This document shows positions 54,860 through 64,000 of a stretch of DNA of 64,000 bases, piece by piece. The stretch's first letter is position 1; every line of letters starts with the position of its first letter. Origin of the DNA: Octopus sinensis (taxonomy: Eukaryota); contig NC_042998.1 of NCBI RefSeq assembly GCF_006345805.1, positions 176,142,001 to 176,206,000 on the forward strand, read 5' to 3'. Under the pieces are notes generated by a model that had not been told where the DNA came from, searched no databases, and saw only the letters and a list, made by a program, of their open reading frames with translations. The position numbers and the translations under genes are program-made.

Positions 54860-55240
54860 TGAATCCTTACGGGCATCTGAATGCATACACACATGAACAG
54901 TACATTAATAAATATGTATGCTTGTATGCATGCATATTCATATGCATGTATGCATGCATGCATGCGTGCATGTATATATGTATGTATGTATCTATGCATG
55001 TATGTATGCATGCGTGTATGTATGTATGCATGTATGTATGTATGCATGCTTGTATGCATGCGTGTATGTATGTATGCATGTATGTATGTATGCATGCTTG
55101 TATGCATATATGCATGCATGTATGTATGCATGTATGCATGTATGCATGCGTGTATGTATGTATGTATGCATGCATGTATGTATGTACGCATGTATGTATG
55201 TATGCATGCGTGTATGTATGTATGTATATACGTACGCTAC
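54860..55240. repeat. Cryptic (TGCA)/(TGTA) tetranucleotide microsatellite
   Basis: Mixed TATG/CATG units over ~380 bp; source of the M/H/C/V/Y pseudo-ORFs. Confidence 0.9.
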
Positions 55241-55348
55241 GGATGAACTCACTTGTCTCAGCGGATCTAGTGCGAATGGACATTTTCTCTAGAGCAGCAG
55301 TATTTGCATATATATGTGTATATGTTTGTATGAGTGGGTGTGTATGTG

Positions 55349-55386
<38 letters not shown>

Positions 55387-55847
55387 TGTGCGGGCGTGCG
55401 CGTGTGTGATGCGTTTACTAGTGACAACTTCAGATCCCAAAGCTACATGAGGTTAACTGAAAAGAATTAGATTCAACCAGAGACGTTCAGAAACGCCTCT
55501 AGCGAAAAGCGTATGCAATCTGGAAACTCAAAACCTAACAAACTTCAAGTTTGAAATTCTTATCTTTATTTAGTCATCCTCTCAGAATGACCATTGCAGC
55601 CGGGACAACTCACAGAAAATAGCTACACTATTCTACATCGGGGCCGTCTGAATTCAACATTATAGTTTATCTCTTTCTACGCGCACAAACCGAAATACTT
55701 ATATGCAAAAGCTAAACCAACGGAACCGTCATATCAATAATGATCTACGATTGTTTAATAATTGTCCATAGCGAATGCAAACGTATTCAAGCAAGTTCAG
55801 GTATGTATGTGTAGGTATGTACAAATTAGAATAGTCTGCCTCGTACA

Positions 55848-56180
55848 TTGCTGGCTCAGTGGTTAGAGCGTCGGGCTCACAATCATGAGGTAGTAAGTTC
55901 GATTCCCGGATCGGGCTCTGAGTTGCATTCTTCAGCAAGACACTTTATTTTCGTTGCTGCAGTTCACTCAGCCTTAGAAATTAGTTGTGATGTCACTGGT
56001 GCCAAGTTGCATTGGCCTTTGGCTTTCCCTTGGATAAAATCAAGGCCTGAATAGGAAAAGTTGGTACGCATGGGTGACTGCTGGTCTTCCATAAACAACT
56101 TTGCCCGGACATGTACCTCGGAGGGTAACTTTCTAGGAGCGATTCCATGCTCATTCCTGACCGAAGAGGGTTTCACCCCC
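55848..56180 (+). mobile_element. tRNA-derived SINE family D
   Basis: TGGCTCAGTGGTTAGAGCG (A box), AGTTCGATTCCC (B box), CAAGACACTTTATTT, 3' GAGGGTAACTTTCTAGG..GACCGAAG. Confidence 0.85.
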
Positions 56181-57169
56181 CCCCCCTTTTTTTTTCACCC
56201 TTTTATATTGTGTATTGCAATAATTGCCAGTTTGGTTGATCGATCGATGGGACTATTCATCGTCGAAACCGACGAAGATACGTTTACTTATATATGTCTC
56301 TATGTACAATGATTTGTAGTGAGAGAGGTATTTCTGGATCCTACTCTTTAAGTTCGGGGCTGCCATTATCAATGTATTGCGCATTCCACCACATCTTGTC
56401 ATGAAATACTCCGTCTCCTTCAACAGACATTTGCAATATGGTTTCTTTGTACAGATAGGCACGTGTTACGTCGAAAAATTTATGTTCTACGATATATCAG
56501 GGTTAACTGTAGTTGCTGATATTGGTCAAGGATTCAAAGATTAGTCTAATGAAAAGAGCAACACAAGTATGTAAACGTACACACGCTCACACACACAGTC
56601 ACACACACACACACACACATGTTTGTATGCATGTATGTATGTATGTATGTATGTATGTATGTATGTATGTATGTATGTATGTATGTATGTATGTGCAGAC
56701 GAATGTGTGTATGGACACGCACGAATGCGTGCAAGTGGGTTCGTCGCGCTGTTTATTTATTCATTTATTTATGTATTTCTGTTTTTTTTTTAGTTTTCAA
56801 TTTGAATATTCTAGCTATAAATATATAATTTCATTAGTGTTATCACCTGACAATTGGAAATGGGAATCGAAAATTCACCGTATTGCATACTTTTGAATTT
56901 ATTTCCACTATATAAATGTAACTATAACTTGGCTATTCATTCATATGTTCTGATAGATTTGAACATAAATATCTGATCAGTGTTGTTTTTCGCCACCGGA
57001 AAACGCCTCCTTCCTTTAAGTGATATATTTTCATAACATACGTGATTCATTGGCTTCTTGTTGCAAGGAGCATTGGAGCTATTTGGATCTCGTTCTGTGT
57101 CTTCTCTGTTATATATCTATATGTGTGTATGTGTGAATGTGTGTGTATGTGTGTGTGTGTATTTGTGCG

Positions 57170-57547
57170 CGCGAGCGTGTGTGTAGTTCAAATTTACAGA
57201 AAACAAAAGACGATGACAGATGTAGGAACAACAAGCAGGTGTATTAGTTTAATAGGGAAGAATGGAAGTCTTCTACATTTCAAGCCTACGCTTTCCGATA
57301 AAAAGACTTAAAAGGAAAAATAACGTTTTTCCTCTTAATTCATAGGCTTACGTGATCACTCCAGTTTCATCCTACCAGCTCGAATTTCCTATTCACTTGG
57401 ACTCTCATCTTAACTACTTCCCAGACTTTCGGTACTTCTCCTCATCCATCTAACCCGCACTCCACCCAGATTACCATTGGGTATTCGTACTCTTTCGGAC
57501 TGTATCTCCATGGATCTTACTGGCTATTTTCGTTTATGTATAAATAT

Positions 57548-57614
<67 letters not shown>

Positions 57615-57760
57615 CAGTTGAAATTTATAGAAAAACAAAAGATGAAGACAGGTTTAGGAACAACAAACGAGTATATTAGTTTGACGTTCGGAAAAAATGG
57701 AAAAGTCTTTTACATTTCGAGCCTACGCTCGTCAACAAAAAGGAAAGAGAGAGAATGAAA
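57170..57760 (-). repeat. Two diverged copies of a ~140-bp repeat (57170-57310, 57620-57760), possibly Penelope-derived
   Basis: Shared AAATTTA.AGAAAA.CAAAAGA.GA.GACAG..TAGGAACAACAA..G.GT.TATTAGTTT...TACATTTC.AGCCTACGCT. Confidence 0.5.
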
Positions 57761-57977
57761 AAAAAAAAAACGTATAGAGTTCAGTGGTCCAGCATGGCGA
57801 ATATGTATATATATATTAGATGTAACTCGACTTTAAGCTCTGCTATTTTGAATACCTGTCCAATCTCGTGAATATCCGGAGAAATATAGTGTAGTTTCAC
57901 ACGAATCAAAACGGTAATTCTCGCTGTCGGGTTTTCCGACAGATTATGTTATAATTATATATATAATTATATATTAT

Positions 57978-58359
57978 TTGTTGTACTGGGGTGGTGGCCA
58001 TATTTTGACAATTAAACGCACGTTGTCTTTACTTCAGCTTTATTATTATTGCTTTTGTTTCTTTGTCAAAGCTCTTTCGTCACACATCCTGTGACCTCTC
58101 CAACGGCACTTAATCTTATTAGTCTCCTCTTGTTCCGCTTATTCAATTTTGTCTTTCTGGAAGACAGAACGACAAAATGGAATAAGCATAGCAAGAGGTG
58201 AAACATGGGATAAAATATCGTTGAAGAGGTCACATGATGTGTGATGAAAGAGCTTTGACAAAGAAACAAAAATGATAATAATACAGCTGAGGTGGATACA
58301 AAGCATATAATGCGTGTGTTTAATTGGTAAAACATGACCATCCCCAAGTATAACAATAT
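57978..58359. mobile_element. Palindromic foldback (~190-bp arms, 5-nt spacer)
   Basis: 57978-58159 is reverse-complementary to 58165-58359 (e.g. TTTGTCAAAGCTCTTTCGTCACACATC / GATGTGTGATGAAAGAGCTTTGACAAA). A single related arm lies at about 24785-24940. Confidence 0.85.
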
Positions 58360-58548
58360 CTGTTTCAACTCAAGATTTCACATCAAGGATTTTGCAAAAC
58401 AAATACATAAAGATGTATATGAAGTACTTTGTCTTACGACCGTAAACTACATACATGCATACGCACGTACATACAAACATGCATGCATAAACGTGTTGAT
58501 ATACTTACATATATTGGAATCTATCTATCTGTCTGTTTGTCTGTCTAC

Positions 58549-58585
<37 letters not shown>

Positions 58586-60119
58586 CACTCTCTCTGTATA
58601 CACACACACGCACATACATGCACGGACACGCATACACGCACACACACACACACAGACACACAAATATATGGGAGGAAAGAGATGGTGATCGGGAGAAAGA
58701 TGGGGGGAGATCTTTATAATCGTTCGACACATTTATTGACTAGAATTAAATATCTCCTTCATCAAAAATGTGTGATTTACTTTTCTTTTAAGTGAGAGGA
58801 ATTACAAAATGCCAAGTCTTTAAGATGGCGTTGTGTGTCTTTAAGACACACTCCAACACATATATGAGTAATGACACAAACAGCTAGAAGGACACCTTCA
58901 CAACACAACTACCATCACCTTCACTTCAACATTACAATAGCAACAATACCAACATTCATATGTCACTAACAACGCGGTCTACATCAGCATTAAGTACACC
59001 GACAAAGATAACTGCAACAAGAATAATAACGAAATACAGCCAGCAATTGCACTGCTTCTTCTAGTGTCAAATTCCAGTTATTTTATTGGTCTCGATTTCC
59101 ATTACGTTAATGTGAAAATATTGAATAAAAGCAAAGCAAAAAGAAACTAAAATTGATTTTTAAAATATAAATAATACATCATACTAAAAAAAAAACTGAT
59201 TATGATTTCTCTGTTTTCAGTCGCAGAACATAATTTCACACACATACACACACACACACACACACACGCAGTCATTCAGTCAAGCAGGCATATTTATACT
59301 CACACAGGTGTACACATAAACACACACTCACCAATGCAAACTCGCATACATATTCATACAAAATCACGTTTCACGTACATACGACATGGCGCACGTTGTT
59401 ACGAATACTCTTACATTTAAACTCAGGCACGCACGCATACGTGCACACATACACTTGCACATACATCTACATACGAAAGCACGTATGGACTCATATATTT
59501 CATGCACGTATACACGCACATAACGCAACATATACATTAACATGCAGACACTCACAGACACGCATATATATGCATACATACAATGGTAGACTTACACACA
59601 CACACACATACTTACAAACGTACATAATGACACAAACTTACACTACTCACATACTTAGAAATATGTATATACATGTGCACACCTATAATCCGCGACATAA
59701 GACAAATCACAACACAATACACCATATATCATGCAGAAGTCAACAGTAATTCCTTCCCAAGATTTAGTACCGTATTTAATACATTCCTTGCTTACATACA
59801 CATAAACTCATCGCACACACACATGTGCGCGCAATCACGCACGCACACGCACAGACACACACATACATCTGCTCAGGCACTCACTTTAGGTTTCCTCATA
59901 CAAACTCTCGCACATATATACAGATGCAAACATTAATAAAAGCTAAATCACACCACACCGCACAACTGTTACATCTAATTATATATTCTTTAGATACTGA
60001 GTGATACTAAAGTGCTGTTCCTAATCCAAATCTCCGTCTTTGATGCTCGTCTGCCAAGGACAATTTCCTTCCATGTCTATAGTTTACGACCGGATGTGTG
60101 GTTTAGAAGCTCGCTTTGC

Positions 60120-60260
60120 AATCAGGTAGTTTGGGGTCCAGTACCACAGCACAGTACTTTGCATAATTGTCTTCTGCTATAACTCCGGCCTGACCAATGT
60201 CTTGTGAGTGAATTTGGTGGGCGGAAACTGTATGGAAACCCAGCGTACATACATACAAAC
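60120..60260 (-). mobile_element. SINE family B, 5' part
   Basis: CTTCTGCTATAACTCCGGCCTGACCAA..TTGTGAGTGAATTTGG..GCGGAAACTG. Confidence 0.7.
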
Positions 60261-60264
60261 ATAA

Positions 60265-60588
60265 GGAGCACTCCGTCGGTTACGACGACGAGGGTTCCAG
60301 CTGATACGATCAACGGATCAGCTTGCTCGTCAAATTAGCGTGCAAGTGGCTGAGCACTCCACAGACACGTGTACCCTTAATGTAGTTCACAAGGAGATTC
60401 AGCGAGACACAGAGTGTGACAAGGCTGGCCTTTTGAACTACAGGTACTACTCATTTTTGTCAGCTGAGTGGACTGGAGCAACATGAAATAAAGTGTCTTG
60501 CTCAAGGACACAACGCATCGCCGGGAATTGAACTCACGACCTTACGATCGTGAGCCAAATGCCCTAACCACTAAGCCACGCGCCCTCA
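60265..60588 (-). mobile_element. SINE family C (same body, different tRNA head)
   Basis: AGGAGCACTCCGTCGGTTACGACG..GACACGTGTACCCTTAA shared with 39992-40374. Head is GTGAGGGCGCGTGGCTTAGTGGTTAGGGCATTTGGCTC. Confidence 0.85.
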
Positions 60589-60599
60589 CTACATACACA

Positions 60600-60650
<51 letters not shown>

Positions 60651-60994
60651 TGCATCTATAGTAGTGTATATAAGAAAATGAGACCACAAAGGAATAAAAT
60701 ATCTTATGAACTTCATTAGCTTACAGCTGTTCTGCTATAAGATGCAATAGACTCATAGTTGAGAACCTGAGTAACAATTCGAATGTGAAGTACCCTTCAT
60801 ATTCGAGGCATTTAACTATGAGTTCACCGGATCCTATAGCAGAAGTAACTTGAAGTTCATAAGATAATCGTTTATTTTACTGCTCTATACTCGACTAACG
60901 CTTCGTTCTGTAGCATATGTATATTGAGTTCAACGCAAGTTAGTAGTCTCGCAGGTTATTAGTATATATATACTAATAGTGTGTGTGTGTGTGT

Positions 60995-61035
<41 letters not shown>

Positions 61036-61759
61036 ACACACAATACAATTAGAGATTCAAAGAATCAAACAGAACTCACTGCAATTTCTCCACCTGGTGC
61101 TTCGTTTGCTCACGGAAGGTCAAGTAGTCAGTTTAAGGTATAACATTAATGCCTCTGTCCTTCACAATGGTAGACAGTATATAATAGTTAATCAAATCTA
61201 CTATTTAGTCCTTCTTTGTTCTCAACTCCTCTTTAAGTTATAGTTCTGCCGCCGTGACATACAGTGTCTTGGGAAGTTAAATGCAGCACAGCACGTTTTC
61301 TCCAGGTCTAACACAGCTAATTTCTACTGTGGAGAAGAATTGATCCCCGAACAAAAACTTTATTTATCGATCACGGAAAGTTGATTTCAGTAAAACTGGA
61401 ACTCAAAATGTCTGAATGATAATTTACAATCTAATAATCATATCAATTCGCCAGCTTGATTACCTAGCCATAATATAATAAATAAATCTATTTCTTTTCT
61501 CTTTTTTTTTTTTGTGTGTGTGTACCAAAAAAATAACAGTAATAATTAAACAAGTTTGCAAGGCTGTGATCTGGCAGAATCGTTAGCACGTCGTGGCACA
61601 TCATCGAATAGTTCTCACACTATTCATATATAGTCATAGACTGACGATTCGATCAGGGTTCGATTCAAGTACTCGATGCTGATAAACCACAAAAATGGTG
61701 AAGTATCGGTGTTGTGGGGGACACACCTAAATGAGAAGTGGGCTGTTACACTACTGATA

Positions 61760-63330
61760 AATAGTGGACAGACACAACAAGCAGTGGCAGTCAGCGAAGG
61801 TACACTGCTCGGTGCGCACTCGAGTCTCTTTGTTAATCGCTTTTGTTTAAATCCTTGTGGTTCTGTCGAGTATTCTTGTGTATCTGATTGTTGAAGACTT
61901 AGTGCCTATTGTTGAAGACTGTTGCCGTTTTGCCTGTGGGCCTGTGTATTTGTTTTCTTTCCCCCATTTAGAGGCGAAGAGACTTTGAAAAAATGAATAG
62001 CGAACCGGAACGAGCTCATGCCAGGAGCTATGCTTCGGCGGCCACCGCAACGAATGCACTGGGGGGTGTTGAAAGTGAAAATTGAAAGAGAGCAGTTGTA
62101 GAGGGGCAAGAAACTGATCCAGAAGGAGGGGTCAAGTTTAAGGTTGACCCCCTCCAGAGGAATTAACCAGCAGAACGAGGAGGAGGACTGTGGATACAGA
62201 ACACTGTTCATAACCAATAAGGAAATAGAGCTGGCGTCAGAGGAAGCCATTGAGAAATGTGTGGAAGAAGTGAAGAGTGCTGCGAAATTCTACACTAGAG
62301 GGAGAAGATATGGTACAGAAGAGGTGGGTATGTCACAGAAGAAGAGGCAATAAATCACTCCACTGTGTCGCTGAGATCACAAGAATGGGTGCTCCTGCTG
62401 ATCTACTGCGGCAAAAGAGTTGCAAGAATTAGAATCGGCAGAGTGCCACCTGAAATCGAAGAAGCGTGACTGGCAGCAGCCGCAATGTACGGAACCAAAG
62501 AGGACGCAAAGTTAATTCAAGTTGCAATAACGAAGAAAATGAATTGAAAGGGTTACTGCCTGGAAATGGTTATCCATGCCACCCAGCAAGACTTGAATGA
62601 AATAGCAGAAGAGTTGCTGTTGCCTGAAGATACAAAGATGAGAGTGGTGGTAGAGGGAAGACCGCCCACCTGCTACCACAGTGGAGAAAAGGGGTACATT
62701 AAAATAAAGTGCCCTCAGACAAGCAGTGAAACCACAGAGAATCAGGAAGAACAAAAGAGGAGTACCATAACGACAACTTGAGTGCAGGAAGAGTGTATGG
62801 AAGATACAGAGGAATGGGGATTCGCCGAAGTATCGAAAAGGAAAAGAAAGGAAACGGTGAATGCACCCCCTAAAAGTACAAATAAGAAGACGAAGAACAG
62901 CAAAACTGAGGAGATTATACATCAAGCACACAACCCACAGGGTATACCCACACAGCATACATCACCACCAATAACATCCCCCAAAAAAGAAAACTGCCCC
63001 AGATAGCCCGAGTTCACCCCGTAGACAAGTAGACACTGGCACAGACAGGCATAACACACATTCCCGTAAAAGCCCCACTAAAAACAAAGCATACATAACG
63101 ACATAAAACACGGCAACTAAACAAAAAATCACCAAGTTCAAATCAGTGATTAGACTTAAATTGGCGGCAGAAGAGTACACAGAAAACACAAAAAGCATAG
63201 TGATAGACGGGGGAAGACACGCTAAACTAGGTGAATTGTTAGATTCGAACATTGGCCGTTAGGATTGGAGGTGAGGTAGGGTACCCTATCTCCAGTCGTA
63301 GACTATGAAGAAATAATACCATGTATAAAC
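61760..63330 (+). mobile_element. Decayed LINE 5' UTR + ORF1 (gag-like zinc knuckle), probably L1/Tx1-like
   Basis: ATG at 61993 MNSEPERAHARSYASAA... (SYA motif), RIRIGRVPPEIE, VVVEGRPPTCYHSGEKGYIKIKCP (degenerate CX2CX4HX4C at 62671-62715), then a K/P/T-rich tail. Multiple stops and frameshifts. Confidence 0.7.
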
Positions 63331-63421
63331 TGGTAAAAAAGTGTAAGTAAATTACAATATTACAAAAACAGATGAAAATATTATAACGTCAAAAACAGTT
63401 AAATGTATTTATATATATATA

Positions 63422-63453
<32 letters not shown>

Positions 63454-63456
63454 CGA

Positions 63457-63706
63457 GCAAGGCACTTTATTTCACGTTGCTCCAGTTCACTCAGGTGTAG
63501 AAATGAGTTGCGACGTCACTGGTGCCAAGCTGTATCGACCTTTGTCTTTCCCTTGGATAACACTGGTGACGTGGAGAGGGGAGGCTGGTATGCATGGGCG
63601 ACTGCTGGCCTTCCATAAAAACAACCTTGCCCAGACTTGTGTCTAGGAGGGTAACTTTCTAGGTGCAATCCCATGGTCATTCATGACCGAAGGGGGTCTT
63701 TACCCC

Positions 63707-63708
<2 letters not shown>
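63457..63708 (+). mobile_element. SINE family D, headless
   Basis: GCAAGGCACTTTATTTCACGTTGCTCCAG...GAGGGTAACTTTCTAGGTGCAATCCCATGGTCATTCATGACCGAAG. Confidence 0.85.
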
Positions 63709-63740
<32 letters not shown>

Positions 63741-64000
63741 ATATTTGGTATATATATGCATTATATATATATATATTTGAAAAAAATTCTATTGAAAATA
63801 AAAAAAGATTTTATTGTAATACATTGTTGAAAAATAATAAATCTGAGTGTGGAAGAAAAATAAATAGATTAAAATGACAAAAAATGCAGTGCTTCTCCGC
63901 TGTTCGTCGATTTTTGCGATGACTGAAACGGAGGAATAGCGTACTTCCGTGAAATTCTGATTTCTGCTGGAGTGAAAACGGCGACCGAAACAGTCGCCCT

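Noticed and set aside
55848-55915. tRNA gene (also 40300-40374 and 60520-60588)
   Set aside because: tRNA-like A/B boxes continue directly into SINE bodies and lack proper acceptor stems; these are SINE heads.

Overview
AT-rich, microsatellite-saturated eukaryotic DNA, very likely an octopus (cephalopod) intron or intergenic region, judged from recognisable octopus-type tRNA-derived SINE families. No host protein-coding gene can be confidently called. Nearly all ORFs in the supplied track are translations of (TA)n/(CA)n/(TACA)n/(ATCT)n repeats or of SINEs. The window contains many SINE copies and decayed non-LTR retrotransposons: CRE-like, R4/Dong-like, L1/Tx1-like, CR1/L2-like, RTE-like and Penelope-like. 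It also has foldback elements and several microsatellite-bounded tandem duplications. The most notable feature is a young, apparently non-coding 502-nt repeat at 21961-23020. It carries a canonical type I minimal hammerhead ribozyme, is terminally redundant, has one end about 4-5 nt from the predicted cleavage site, and is joined head-to-head to an inverted copy (retrozyme / non-autonomous Penelope-like architecture). Two older, unrelated foldbacks (13005-14394, 57978-58359) show the same head-to-head layout with degenerate hammerhead-like cores. Family names come from motif recognition by eye, not from database searches.
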